From: an uncultured Acidobacteriota bacterium
GTDB lineage: Bacteria; Acidobacteriota; Vicinamibacteria; Vicinamibacterales; UBA2999
Length of the DNA stretch: 64,000 nt
NCBI GenBank assembly: GCA_963723005.1
Contig: CAVRPA010000006.1
Coordinates: forward strand, 10,580 to 74,579
Direction: 5' to 3'
The position numbers and the translations under genes were made by a program. The notes beneath the pieces are model-generated. The model was given only the letters and a program-made list of their open reading frames with translations. It had not been told where the DNA came from and made no database searches. Positions within the stretch are counted from its first letter, which is position 1; each line of letters opens with the position of its first letter. Below, in pieces: positions 27,504 to 38,334 of the stretch.

Positions 27504-29243
27504 GTGAATCAACACTACAATGCGCGCGTGAAGCCCGTGACCCTTCTTCGCAGCGCCGCTCTCACCGTTGCCGTTGCCCTCACCGCGGCCGCAGCGGCCG
27601 GCGCGAGGCAGCCCGCACCCGCCTACGATCTCCTGATCCGTAACGGCCGCGTCTTCGACGGCAGCGGCAATCCGTGGTTCCCGGCCGACGTCGCGGTGAA
27701 GGACGGGCGCATCGTCTCCGTGGGACGGCTGGGCGATGCCACGGCGAAGACGACCATCGACGCCACCGGCAAGTACGTGACACCTGGCTTCATCGACATT
27801 CACTCTCACGCCGACGATGGCTCGAGCCCGGACGGCGGGTTGCGGGATCCGAATCGCGCCCGCCGGGCGGCGCCCAACCTGGTGTCGCAAGGCATCACCA
27901 CCGTGGTCGTGAACCAGGACGGCCGGTCGCCGTGGCCGATCAGCGAGCAGCGCACGCTGCTGGAGAAGCAGGGGATCGGCGTGAACGCGATGATGCTGGT
28001 AGGACACGGCACCATCCGCCGGCAGGTGATGAAGGACGACGTAAAGCGCCCATCTACAGCGCAGGAGCAGGCGGCGATGCGCGTCCTGTTGCGCCAGGGC
28101 CTGCAGGAAGGCGCGGTTGGTCTTTCGGCCGGCCTCGAGTACGAGCCTGGCCGCTGGAGCACGACCGACGAAGTGGTGGAGCTCGCGCGCGAGTTGCCGC
28201 CGGTCCAGGGCATCTACATCTCGCACGAGCGCAGCGAAGGCAGCGATCCGCTGTGGTACGTGCCGAGCCAGGATGGTCCGGGCCCGCCCACGCTGCTCGA
28301 CGCCGTGCGCGAGACCATCGAGATTGGCGAGAAGACCGGCGCCCGCGTGGTGGCCTCGCACCTGAAGGCCAAGGGCGAGCACTACTGGGGATCGAGCGCC
28401 GCGGCGGTGGGCCTCATTCAACGCGCCCGCGATCGCGGCGTGGACGTGTGGTCGGATCAGTATCCCTACCCCACCAGCGGCACCGACGGATCCACCGTGC
28501 TGATTCCGGCGTGGGCCATCCGCGCGCCCGGCGCCTCCGGCGCGCCAGCCTCGAGCAGCCGCGCGCAGATGCTGAAACGCGTGCTGGGCGACGCCTCCAC
28601 CGCGAAGCAGGTCCGCGCCGACATCGGGCACGAGATTCGCCGCCGCGGCGGCGCCGGCAACATCGTCGTCTACGACTATTCGGACAAGAGCGTCTACGGC
28701 AAGACGCTGAAGGAGATCGCGGCGACATGGAAGGTGGAGCCCGTCGAGGCCGCGATCCGCATCCAGATGGAAGGCCTGGATCGCAATGGCGGCGCCCGCA
28801 TGCGCGGCTTCTCGATGGCGGAGTGGGACATGGAGCACATCGCGAAGCAGCCGTGGGTGGCGACGTCCACCGACGGTGGCATCGCGCTCCCGGAGGATGG
28901 GCCGACGACCCACGCGCGCTTCTATGGCAGCTTCGTCCGTAAGATCAGCCACTACGCGATCGAGCGCGGCGCCATCTCAATCGAGTCGGCGATTCGCGCG
29001 AACACCTCGTTGCCGGCCCGGATCATGGGCCTGACCGATCGCGGCGCGATCCGCGAAGGCATGGCCGCAGACCTCGTGGTGTTCGACATCAACACCATCC
29101 GCGACAAGGCGACGTTCTTCGAGCCGCACCAGCATTCCGAGGGCATCGAGCACGTGTTCGTGAACGGCGTTGCCCGCGTGACCGACGGGAAGATCATCGA
29201 CGCGCTGCCGGGACGAGTGTTGACGAGGACCGCGCGCCCGTAG
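27504..29243 (+). CDS. D-aminoacylase-type (N-acyl-D-amino-acid deacylase family) amidohydrolase, secreted
   Basis: Intact 579-aa ORF. Signal peptide. Motifs YDLLIRNGRVFDGSGNP and GFIDIHSHAD. Confidence 0.8.
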   Translation: MNQHYNARVKPVTLLRSAALTVAVALTAAAAAGARQPAPAYDLLIRNGRVFDGSGNPWFPADVAVKDGRIVSVGRLGDATAKTTIDATGKYVTPGFIDIHSHADDGSSPDGGLRDPNRARRAAPNLVSQGITTVVVNQDGRSPWPISEQRTLLEKQGIGVNAMMLVGHGTIRRQVMKDDVKRPSTAQEQAAMRVLLRQGLQEGAVGLSAGLEYEPGRWSTTDEVVELARELPPVQGIYISHERSEGSDPLWYVPSQDGPGPPTLLDAVRETIEIGEKTGARVVASHLKAKGEHYWGSSAAAVGLIQRARDRGVDVWSDQYPYPTSGTDGSTVLIPAWAIRAPGASGAPASSSRAQMLKRVLGDASTAKQVRADIGHEIRRRGGAGNIVVYDYSDKSVYGKTLKEIAATWKVEPVEAAIRIQMEGLDRNGGARMRGFSMAEWDMEHIAKQPWVATSTDGGIALPEDGPTTHARFYGSFVRKISHYAIERGAISIESAIRANTSLPARIMGLTDRGAIREGMAADLVVFDINTIRDKATFFEPHQHSEGIEHVFVNGVARVTDGKIIDALPGRVLTRTARP

Positions 29244-29306
29244 CACCTGCTGTTCAATCGCGCAGGACCTGCAGCCGTGGGCGCGGCGTTCTGAATCGGG
29301 CCGCGG

Positions 29307-30341
29307 CTACTGGAACAGCGACTTGCGCAACATCGCGTGGACGCCCTTGGTGACGTCCACCGTCTGGCTGACGCGCAGGTCTACGGCCGCCGAGCACAGC
29401 ACGTAGGCATCGTCGCGCGACAGGCCTTTCTCGGCGACCAGGTACTCGATCATCTCGCGGGTGGCGATCCGGGCGGCTTCGTCCAGATCCGGATCCAGCC
29501 CCACCGTGATCACGTGCGTCGCGGTCTCGATGCGCGCGTAGCGCATCGGCTTCTTCTTGTGCAGCACAATCTCGAGCGTCGTCGCCAGCGACGTTTCGAT
29601 CGCGGTGCCCGACACCTCGCCGTCACCCTGGGCGGCGTGGCCGTCGCCAATCGACAGCAAAGCGCCGGTCACGTGTACCGGCAGGTATATCGTGCTGCCG
29701 GCGCCCAGTTCCTTGATATCGAGATTGCCGACGTGCGGTCCTGGCGGGCCGCTCGAGACCCGGCCGGAGAGGGCGGGCGGTGCCACGCCGATGGATCCGA
29801 AGAAGGGCGCCAGCGGCACGGTCACGCCCGGCGCGAAGCGAGCGGTCTTTCCCGACGGGTCGAAGCGCACCAGCTTGAGGTACGCGTAAGGGAACTCGGC
29901 CGGCAGCGTGCCGCCACCGGGCAGGAACCCGATCACGCCGTAGGGGTGCAGGAAGTCGATGGCGCCAATCCGCACCTCGAGGGAATCTCCGGGCTCGGCG
30001 CCAGTCACGAAGATCGGTCCCGTCAGGGGATGTGCGCCAGGCCCCCGCGACGTGATCGCGGCTTCCACTGCCTTGAGCGAGCCGGGAATCTCGCCGTCCG
30101 GCACGCCGGCCAGCCGCAGTCGTTCCACCCCGCGAGCGGCCATGGTCTCCACCCGGACTCGCGCGCCGGAGACGATAGTCAGCACCGGCTTGACGCTGGC
30201 GTCGTAATAACCCCAGTGCACGTTCGACGGGAGCAGTTTCAACTCGTGCATCTGCTGCGCCTGCACGCCCAGGCCGGCCGCGGCCGCGCACAGACCAAGA
30301 CCGCCGAGCGCGACGGACGCAAGACGAGAGGAGCGGCGCAT
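29307..30341 (-). CDS. acetamidase/formamidase-family amidase, secreted
   Basis: Start set at the ATG at 30341 (MRRSSRLASVALGGLGL signal). Motifs GNLDIKELGAGSTIYLPV and SIGDGHAAQGDGEV. Confidence 0.8.
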   Translation of the reverse strand: MRRSSRLASVALGGLGLCAAAAGLGVQAQQMHELKLLPSNVHWGYYDASVKPVLTIVSGARVRVETMAARGVERLRLAGVPDGEIPGSLKAVEAAITSRGPGAHPLTGPIFVTGAEPGDSLEVRIGAIDFLHPYGVIGFLPGGGTLPAEFPYAYLKLVRFDPSGKTARFAPGVTVPLAPFFGSIGVAPPALSGRVSSGPPGPHVGNLDIKELGAGSTIYLPVHVTGALLSIGDGHAAQGDGEVSGTAIETSLATTLEIVLHKKKPMRYARIETATHVITVGLDPDLDEAARIATREMIEYLVAEKGLSRDDAYVLCSAAVDLRVSQTVDVTKGVHAMLRKSLFQ

Positions 30342-30453
30342 ATTGGCGGAGTATACGGGAATCCCGGGCACCGACGACCGCGCGGGTCTGGTCGCGGCGA
30401 GCGTGCGGTGGCGATCTGTCAGACGTGCAAGGGATCGGATAGAGTGCTCCCCC

Positions 30454-32726
30454 ATGCGCGTGCCTGCCACCCTGTTCGTCGCCGCCTGCTGTGCGCTCGC
30501 CGCGTGCGCACGCCCTGCCGAACCGGCCGCGCCACCGTCGTTCGAGCAACTGGCCAGGACGTCGCTGGCACGCATCGAGGGACGCCTCGCGGTTCCCGGA
30601 CTGAAGGCCGAGGTCGAAGTCCTGCGTGACGAGTGGGGCGTGCCGCACATCTACGCACAGGACACGGACGACCTGTTCTTCGCCCAGGGGTTCGTCGTCG
30701 CCCAGGATCGGCTGTGGCAGATGGAAATCTGGCGGCGCACCGGCGAAGGCCGGGTCGCCGAGCTGGTCGGGCCGGCCGGCATCCCGCACGATCGGCTCAT
30801 CAGGCTGTTCAAGTACCGAGGACCCTACGACGATGCGGAGTGGAGCAGCTACCATCCCGAGGGCAAGCGCATCTTCACCGCCTACGCCGCCGGCGTCAAC
30901 GCGCTGATCGCGTCGGTTGGGGACCACCTCCCTGTCGAGTTCACGCTGACGGGCACGCGGCCGGAGCCGTGGACGCCAGAGCAGTTGCTGCAGCGTGCAC
31001 GCGTCAGCGACTCGCTCGGCGATGCCCGCGCGGAACTGACGCTGGCGAAGAGCGTGGCCATGCTTGGCCTGCAGGAGGCGGATCGGCGCGCTCGCACGGT
31101 GCCGGCCGACAACCTGGCGATACCGGACGGAGTCGAACGTCTCGCTCGTCACCGACGCGGTCATCCAGGCGCTCGATGGCGACATGTACGGAACGCTGCC
31201 GTCGCCCGAGATTCTGCCGCAGTATCGCGACCTGTCGGGCGCCGTGGCTTCGATGGACCTGGGCGTACCGGAAGATCTCGCCGGGCAGCAACAACTGGGC
31301 GATCAGCCGCACGCTGACCGGAACCGGCACCGCCATCATGGTGGACGATCCTCATCGTCAGGTCACCAACCCGGCGCACCGCTACCTGCTGCACCTGAAC
31401 GCCCCGGGCTGGAGCGTGGCGGGCGCCACCGAGGCTCCCCTCGCAGGCGTCATCCGTGGCCACAACGGCCGCGTCGCCTGGGGTCGCACCGCCACCGAAA
31501 CGGATCAGGCCGACGTGTACGTCGAGACGGTCAATCCCGCCAATCCGAACGAGGTGATGTTCAACGGAACGTGGGAGCCGCTCCGTGTGGTCACCGAGGA
31601 GATTTCCGTCAAAGGTGGGCCGTCGCAGAAGGTGACGCTGAAGTTCAGCCGCCACGGGCCGATCTTCCACGAGGATCGCGAGCACCACCTCTCCTACGCC
31701 CTCCGGTCGCAACTGCACGAACGGGGCACGGCAGAGTACCTCGGCGGCCTGCGACTGGACCAGGCCACCTCGGCCCGCGATTGCCTGGATGCGGCGAATT
31801 ACATGCCGATGCCTCCGACCAATCTGGTCTGTGCCGACGCCGATGGCAACATCGCCTTCCGCATCGCCGTCTTCGCTCCGACGCGGAACGGATGGACCGG
31901 GCGACTACCCGTCCCGGGCACCGGGAGGTACGAGTGGGGACCGAAGCGGACGGACCTGCCCTCCGAGTACAACCCCGAGCGCGGCTACATCGCCACGGCC
32001 AATAACAACACGCATCCCCCGCAGTTCGCGCCGCCGTACGCCTACTACCCCGCCGACCGCCGCTATCGACGGCACGAACGCATCGTCCAGATGATTACGA
32101 GCGCGAAGTCGTTCACGATTGACGACATGACGCGCATGCTGCGCGATTCGCTCAACTCGGAAGCCGTTGAAGACCAGCCGCGCTTCCGCGGCTGGAGCAG
32201 TGAAGATCCTGCCGTGGAGCGGGCGCGGGCGATGGTGGACGGCTGGGATGGGGTGATGGATCGCGCCAGCGGCGCCGCGGCCATCTACATGTCGTGGCAG
32301 CGGGTGGCGGATCTCCAGGCCGCCCGAAAGGGCTCGCGTGACGCCGTCGTCACTGGGCTACGGCGCGCGATCGAGGAGATGACGAAGACGCAGGGTGAGA
32401 ACTGGGCCGAGTGGCGATGGGGCCGGATGAACCGTAGCGAGTACCCGCATGCGGTGTTGAGTGCCTTTGACCTGCCGCCCATCGAGCGGCAGGGCGGCGC
32501 GGGCACCGTCAACGCGATCGGATCGGTCTACCGGCTCGTGACCAATTTCAAGGAGCCCGACCAGTCGCTGGTGACCATCGGCCCTGGGAATTCAGGTCAG
32601 CCCGGCAGCCCGTTCTACGACAACCTGCACGCTCTGTGGGGGCGGAACGAATTCTTTCCGCTGCTCTTCACCCGGCCCGCGGTGGAAGCACAGACACGCC
32701 ACCGGCTGACGCTGACGCCGCGTTAG
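30454..32726 (+). pseudogene. penicillin/cephalosporin-acylase family Ntn-hydrolase lipoprotein, 2 frameshifts
   Basis: Lipobox LFVAACCALAAC. Alpha-subunit motif RDEWGVPHIYA. Beta-subunit nucleophile GSNNWAIS. Breaks near 31130 and 31280. Confidence 0.8.
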
Positions 32727-32761
32727 GCCTCCAGCGGCTGACGCCGCCCCGTGCGGAATCG

Positions 32762-35035
32762 CTAGGACAGCTTCTGCCGCGACAGCGGCAGTTCGCGCAC
32801 GCGCTTGCCAGTGGCGGCGAAGATCGCGTTGCCGAACGCGGCCAGCACCGGCGGCACACCGGGCTCGCCAACGCCGCCCGGCGCGGCATCGCTGTCGATC
32901 GTGTGGACATCAACCTGGTAGGGCGCATCGTTCATGCGCGCCACCGGATAGTCGTTGAAGTTTCCCTGGACAACGCGGCCGGCCGCGGCCGTCACCTCGC
33001 CGGTGCGGGCCATTCCCACCGCCATCACCGCCGCACCCTCGAACTGCGAGCGGACACGGTCCGGGTTGACGATGACGCCGGCGTCCACCACCTGGTGCAC
33101 GCGCGTCACGCGCGCCTGGCCCTTGCCGTCCACCTCCACTTCGACCACCGATGCCACGTAGGTGTTGAAGCTGCGGTGCGCGGCCAGGCCCATGCCCCAA
33201 CCATTGCCGGCCTTCCGCTTGCCCCAGCCGGCCTTCTCCGCGGCCACTTCGAGCACCTTGCGGAGCCGGCGCGTGTCGCACGGGAACTTGTCGTAAGGCG
33301 CGCCGTAGTTCTCGTAGGCCAGACCCAGTGCCTTGAAGTCGATGACCTTCCCCGGCCCAAGTAGATCGAGCTGGAACTCCAGCGGATCGCGGCCGGCGGC
33401 GTGCGCCATCTCGTCGGCGAACGACTGTGCGGCGAACGCGTGATAGTTGTTCGCCACGGCGCGGAACCAGCCGATACGGACGTGCGCCTCGGCGGGCCCG
33501 TTCTCCATCCGGAGATTCGGCACGTCGTAGGGCAGGTCCACCAGGCCGAGCTCGAGCTCCTGGCTCATCGCATGCTGCGCGTTGGCGTCGAACATCGCCG
33601 CAATCGGCGGAAACACCGAGCGCTGGAGCCACGCCGTCGGCCGCCCGCGGCCGTCAACGGCGGCCTTCTGGTACACCGCGGCGGTGGTGTGGTAGTAGTC
33701 GAACTTGATGTCGTCCTCGCGCGTCCAGACCACTTTCACCGGCTTGCCGAGCTGCTTCGACAGGATCGCGGCTTCCGCGCAGTAGTCCGGCTTCGACTTG
33801 CGGCCGAATCCGCCGCCGAGCAGCGTGACGTGGCACGTCACGGCCTTCTTGTCGATGCCGAGCGCTTCGGCCACCGTTTCCTGAACGGCCTGCGGGTTCT
33901 GCGTCGGCGCCCACACCTCGACCTTGCCGTCGCGGAACTCGGCCACGGCTGTGGGCGGTTCCATCGACGCATGCGCGGCCAGCGGCGTGTAGTACATCGC
34001 CTCGAGGACCTTGCCGCCCTTCGCGAATTCGGCATCGACGTTGCCGACGTTGTGCGCGACCTTGGCGGCCTGGCGCGCGGTCGCCATCATCTGGGCCTTG
34101 AAGGCGTCGGAGGTGAAGCTCGCGTGCGGGCCATCCTGCCACTGCACTTTCAGGCCCTTGCGGCCCTTGAGCGCCGCCCAGGTGTTGTCGGCGATCACGG
34201 CCACGCCGCCAAGCGGCTTGAACATGTAGGGCGGCTTGAAGGTGTCGAGCCGCACCGTCTGCGTGACACCACGGACCGCGCGCGCCGCAGTGTCGTCCAC
34301 CGACGCAATCGTTCCGCCCATCACCGGAGGATGCTCGATGGAGGCGTACACCATGCCGTCGCGGAACACGTCGTGGCCGAACTGCGCCTTGCCGGTGACG
34401 ATGTCGCTGGCGTCGTAGATTGTCGTGTCCTTGCCGATGAAGCGGAACGCGCTCTTCGGCTTCAGCGTCAGGTCCGCCGGCTTGGGCACCGGCAGCTTCG
34501 CGGCCGCCGCAGCCAGGGCGCCGTACCCGATCGTGCGGCCGCTGCCGGAGTGGACCACTTCGTGGTTCTTCGCCGTGCACTCGCCCGCCGGCACGTTCCA
34601 CTGCGCCGCCGCCGCGCTCACCAGCATGGTGCGGGCCGTCGCGCCGGCGACGCGGAACGTGTCGTAGAAGTCGCGGATCGACCGGGATCCGTCGGTGTTC
34701 TGATCGCCGTAGCGCGGATCGCCGATGCCCTGTTCGATCGTCACGCGGCTCCAGTCGGCCTCCAGCTCGTCCGCCGCCACCAGCGGCAGCGACGTGCGGA
34801 TGCCGGTGCCCATCTCGGAACGGTGCGTCACGATGATCACGCGCCCATCCGGCTGGATGCCGATGAACAGGCTGGGGCTGAAGGTGGCGGACTCGGCGGC
34901 GGCACGGAACGGCACCACCTGAACGGCCTCGGCGACGAGCGCGTCAGGCACGTAGCGCGCGGCGATGACAAACGCGCCACCCGCCGCGAGGCTCTCGAGG
35001 AAACGGCGCCGGCCGGGATTCTCGATGGCGCTCAT
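32762..35035 (-). CDS. molybdopterin-binding large subunit of an aldehyde oxidase/xanthine dehydrogenase-family (IorB-like) oxidoreductase
   Basis: 757 aa from the ATG at 35035. Tat-like signal [20 protein letters not shown]. The ATGA overlap with the small-subunit stop suggests translational coupling. Confidence 0.85.
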   Translation of the reverse strand: MSAIENPGRRRFLESLAAGGAFVIAARYVPDALVAEAVQVVPFRAAAESATFSPSLFIGIQPDGRVIIVTHRSEMGTGIRTSLPLVAADELEADWSRVTIEQGIGDPRYGDQNTDGSRSIRDFYDTFRVAGATARTMLVSAAAAQWNVPAGECTAKNHEVVHSGSGRTIGYGALAAAAAKLPVPKPADLTLKPKSAFRFIGKDTTIYDASDIVTGKAQFGHDVFRDGMVYASIEHPPVMGGTIASVDDTAARAVRGVTQTVRLDTFKPPYMFKPLGGVAVIADNTWAALKGRKGLKVQWQDGPHASFTSDAFKAQMMATARQAAKVAHNVGNVDAEFAKGGKVLEAMYYTPLAAHASMEPPTAVAEFRDGKVEVWAPTQNPQAVQETVAEALGIDKKAVTCHVTLLGGGFGRKSKPDYCAEAAILSKQLGKPVKVVWTREDDIKFDYYHTTAAVYQKAAVDGRGRPTAWLQRSVFPPIAAMFDANAQHAMSQELELGLVDLPYDVPNLRMENGPAEAHVRIGWFRAVANNYHAFAAQSFADEMAHAAGRDPLEFQLDLLGPGKVIDFKALGLAYENYGAPYDKFPCDTRRLRKVLEVAAEKAGWGKRKAGNGWGMGLAAHRSFNTYVASVVEVEVDGKGQARVTRVHQVVDAGVIVNPDRVRSQFEGAAVMAVGMARTGEVTAAAGRVVQGNFNDYPVARMNDAPYQVDVHTIDSDAAPGGVGEPGVPPVLAAFGNAIFAATGKRVRELPLSRQKLS

Positions 35036-35487
35036 GCCAGCTCCTTCGACGCCTGCTTGATCGCGGCGCGGATCCGCTGATAGGTGCCGCAGCGGCAGAT
35101 GTTGCCGGACATGGCGCGATCGATATCCTGGTCGGTGGGTTTGGGCACCTGCTTCAGCAGCTGCGCCGCCTGCATGATCTGCCCCGCCTGGCAGTATCCG
35201 CACTGCGAGACGTCGAGTGCCACCCACGCTTTCTGCAGCGGATGGCTTCCGTCGGCGCTGAGGCCTTCGATGGTGGTCACGCGCTTGCCCGCGACCGTCT
35301 GCATGCGCGTCTGGCAGGAGCGGACCGCGCGTCCGTCTACGTGCACGGTGCAGGCGCCGCAGAGCCCGGCGCCACAGCCGAAGCGGGTGCCCGTGAGCCG
35401 CGCTTCGTCGCGCAGATACCAGAGCAGAGGCATATCCGGATCGCCGTCGAACGACCGGTTCGTTCCATTGACCGTGAAGGTGACCAT
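35032..35487 (-). CDS. [2Fe-2S]-binding small subunit (IorA-like) of the same oxidoreductase
   Basis: 151 aa. Cys clusters [11 protein letters not shown] and CGYCQAG...CRCGTY. Confidence 0.9.
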   Translation of the reverse strand: MVTFTVNGTNRSFDGDPDMPLLWYLRDEARLTGTRFGCGAGLCGACTVHVDGRAVRSCQTRMQTVAGKRVTTIEGLSADGSHPLQKAWVALDVSQCGYCQAGQIMQAAQLLKQVPKPTDQDIDRAMSGNICRCGTYQRIRAAIKQASKELA

Positions 35488-35506
35488 TGTGTCAATTATG
35501 TGTCAA
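35488..35506. promoter_or_regulatory. 8-bp direct repeat TGTGTCAA x2 (11-bp period) in a divergent intergenic region
   Basis: Copies at 35488-35495 and 35499-35506, abutting the iorA-like ATG. A GATAAT box at 35513-35518 faces the CoA-ligase gene. Confidence 0.4.
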
Positions 35507-35546
35507 AGGGACGATAATCCCGGTGCTCGACGACCGGGAGGTCTCA

Positions 35547-37088
35547 ATGCCGTTCCGCAGTCCCTGCCCCGACGTGACGATTCCGGACGTTCCACTCACG
35601 ACATTCGTGCTGGCGAACGCCGGCGCGCACCGCGACCGGCCGGCCCTGGTGGACGCTAGTTCGGGGCGCACGATCACCTTCGGCGAACTTATCGACCGCG
35701 TCCGCCGTCTGGCCGCCGGTCTCTCTCGTCGCGGCATCGGCAAAGGCGACGTGGTCGCGATCTTTGCGCCGAACCTCCCTGACTATGCCGTGGTCTTCCA
35801 CGCCGTAGCGCGACTCGGCGCCGTGATCACCCCGGCCAACCCCACCTACACCGTCGAGGAGCTGAGGTTCCAGCTGCAGGACGCCGGGGCGCGATTGCTG
35901 ATCACGACCGAGGCGCTCCTCGGCAAGGCGCGTGACGCCGCTTCGGCCGCCACGCAGACCATCGGGATTGTCACGCTTGACCGCGTCGAGGGCGTCGAGG
36001 CGCTCGAGGACATCGAGGTGGACGAAGAGCCTCCCCCGGTATCCATCGACACCGCCAATGACGTGGTGGTGCTGCCGTACTCGTCAGGCACCACCGGCCT
36101 GCCCAAGGGCGTGATGCTGACGCATCGCAACCTGCTCGCCAATCTCGTGCAGATCGACGCCGTCGAAGACCAGAACCTGCGCGCGCTTGTCGGGGTGCTG
36201 CCGTTCTTCCACATCTACGGCATGGTCGTCGTGATGAATTTCGGGCTGCGCCGGGGCGCGACCTGCGTCACGCTGCCGCGTTTCGACCTGGAGCTGTTCC
36301 TGCGTGTGCTCCAGGACTGGCCGATCACGCTGGCGCACATCGTGCCACCCATCGCCGTGGCGCTGGCCAAGCACCCGGTGGTGGACAACTACGACCTGTC
36401 CGGCGTGCGTTGGCTGTTCTCGGGCGCCGCGCCGCTGGGGCCGCAACTGACCGAGGCGGTGGAGACTCGATTGAACGTGCGGGTGCGCCAGGGATACGGC
36501 ATGACCGAAGCCAGCCCCGCCACTCACTACACCGTCCCCGGCGCCGACCGTCCGGGCAAGATCGGTCCCCTCATGCCCTGCACCGAGGGCCGCATCGTCG
36601 ATCCGGAGACCGGCGCGGATCTGCCCGCCGGGCTGCCAGGCGAGGTCTGGGTGCGCGGTCCGCAGGTGATGAAGGGGTATCTCAACAACCCCGAGGCCAC
36701 GGCCCGCACCGTGGACCCCGAAGGCTGGCTGCGCACCGGCGACATCGGCATCGTGGACGAGGATGGCTACCTGGAGATCGTCGACCGGCTGAAGGAGCTG
36801 ATCAAGGTGAATGGCTTCCAGGTGGCGCCGGCCGAGCTCGAGGCGCTGCTGCTGAAGCATCCGTGCATCGCCGACGCCGCCGTGATTCCGGTCCGGGACG
36901 AAGCCGCGGGCGAGGTGCCCAAGGCCGTCGTGGTGCTTCGCGCGCCGCTCAGCGCCGAGGACGTGATGACGTTCGTCGAAGGGCAGGTCGCCCACTACAA
37001 GCGCGTCCGCCACGTCGCCTTCGTGGACTGCATTCCGAAATCACCCTCGGGAAAGATTCTCCGAAGGGTATCTGGTGCAAAAGGATAG
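35547..37088 (+). CDS. AMP-dependent acyl/aryl-CoA ligase (4-coumarate-CoA-ligase-like)
   Basis: The ATG at 35547 has GGGAGG upstream. Motifs LPYSSGTTGLPKGVMLTHRNL, GYGMTE and TGDIGIVDEDGYLEIVDRLKELIK. Confidence 0.85.
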   Translation: MPFRSPCPDVTIPDVPLTTFVLANAGAHRDRPALVDASSGRTITFGELIDRVRRLAAGLSRRGIGKGDVVAIFAPNLPDYAVVFHAVARLGAVITPANPTYTVEELRFQLQDAGARLLITTEALLGKARDAASAATQTIGIVTLDRVEGVEALEDIEVDEEPPPVSIDTANDVVVLPYSSGTTGLPKGVMLTHRNLLANLVQIDAVEDQNLRALVGVLPFFHIYGMVVVMNFGLRRGATCVTLPRFDLELFLRVLQDWPITLAHIVPPIAVALAKHPVVDNYDLSGVRWLFSGAAPLGPQLTEAVETRLNVRVRQGYGMTEASPATHYTVPGADRPGKIGPLMPCTEGRIVDPETGADLPAGLPGEVWVRGPQVMKGYLNNPEATARTVDPEGWLRTGDIGIVDEDGYLEIVDRLKELIKVNGFQVAPAELEALLLKHPCIADAAVIPVRDEAAGEVPKAVVVLRAPLSAEDVMTFVEGQVAHYKRVRHVAFVDCIPKSPSGKILRRVSGAKG

Positions 37089-37110
37089 GGAGGAAGAGAG
37101 CACATCTGGT

Positions 37111-37197
37111 GATCTGGCGAGGTCGTGATCTCGAGATCTGGATCTGCCGATCTACCGATCTCCAGATCTCTGATCCCTGATCCCTGATTCCTGAACC
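37111..37197. repeat. tandem 7-8-nt GATCYNN repeat array with nine GATC sites
   Basis: gatctgg...gatctcga gatctg gatctgcc gatctacc gatctcca gatctct gatccct gatccct gattcct gaaccc. Lies between and partly inside convergent gene ends. Confidence 0.9.
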
Positions 37198-38306
37198 CAT
37201 CGCTGCAAGACCAGGACGTAAATCGCCGCGTAGAGGCCGATGACGACCAGGCCGATCCATTCGATCCGAAGCGGCGTGAACTGAAAAGCCAGCACCAGGC
37301 CGCACATCAGCAGCCAGTGGGCGGCGACATAGGGTGCGGTGCCCATGCGACGGGCGGTCATCCCGAGGTTGTCGGAGTAGAGGCGAATCAGCGAGTCGAG
37401 CGAGTTGACGACGAAGACCACGCCCACCACCACCATCGCCGCCGCCAGCACCGGCGGCACGCGGACCTGCTGCCGGAAGTAGAAGTAGAGCACCGAGAAC
37501 CAGGCCGCCAGCGGGATGGAGGGGATCACGAGCAGCCCCGCCGCGAGCTGCCACGTGCGCATGCCGCCCACGAAGCGCGACACGAACTGCCCGATCATGA
37601 TGCTCCACGAGAACCACCAGAACAGATAGAACGCGTGATAGTCGGACATCGGCAGCACGAAGTGCGGCAGCCGCCGGAAGTACGGTCCGATGTCGGCGGC
37701 GCTGTAGGCGAGCCCTCGTGCGCCCATGCCCGACGCCAGCCACATCGCCACCACCAGCGCGCCGAACAGCCACATCGACGACACGCTGAGGACGCGGATA
37801 TAGCGGATGTGCGTGCTGGTCAGCACCGACAGCAACACGGTCGCGCCGACAATGCCATAGCGCGAGCCGTCATCGATGGACGGCACGTAGAACGGCAGGT
37901 TCCGCAGCAGCAGATGCGCGGTGAACGCGCAGGTCCCGACGATGATGATGTTGTTCACGACCTTCACTGCCGGGATCTCGAACAGCCGCAAGCGCGGCTC
38001 GACCGTCAGGAAGTAGAACGTCGTCAGGAAGTAGAAGCCCCAGACCAGGAATCCCCAGAATCCGAACGCGATGGCCAGCGGGTTCGCAAAGGCGTACTCG
38101 GGCTCGCGCGCGTAAAGGGGAAACTCCGTCAGCGGCAGCATGATGAGCCCGACGTCCAGGCCCGATGTGAACAGCAGGGTCATGAACCCGAGCAGCGACA
38201 GCGGCAGCGGGCCCTCGACGCGCCGTCCTCCCCACCGCACGATGATCACCGCTGAAGTCAGCAGCGTGACGATGATGGCGGCAGAGAGCACGGTCTGCGC
38301 GGTCAC
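37152..38306 (-). CDS. BCCT-like transporter-related membrane protein (short, 384 aa)
   Basis: Motifs TSGLDVGLIM and FWWFSWSIMIGQFVSRFVGG resemble BCCT signatures. The last roughly 12 codons are encoded by the GATC repeat array. Confidence 0.55.
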   Translation of the reverse strand: MTAQTVLSAAIIVTLLTSAVIIVRWGGRRVEGPLPLSLLGFMTLLFTSGLDVGLIMLPLTEFPLYAREPEYAFANPLAIAFGFWGFLVWGFYFLTTFYFLTVEPRLRLFEIPAVKVVNNIIIVGTCAFTAHLLLRNLPFYVPSIDDGSRYGIVGATVLLSVLTSTHIRYIRVLSVSSMWLFGALVVAMWLASGMGARGLAYSAADIGPYFRRLPHFVLPMSDYHAFYLFWWFSWSIMIGQFVSRFVGGMRTWQLAAGLLVIPSIPLAAWFSVLYFYFRQQVRVPPVLAAAMVVVGVVFVVNSLDSLIRLYSDNLGMTARRMGTAPYVAAHWLLMCGLVLAFQFTPLRIEWIGLVVIGLYAAIYVLVLQRWVQESGIRDQRSGDR

Positions 38307-38334
38307 TGCCGCGGAGTATACGACGCGTGTTCGC

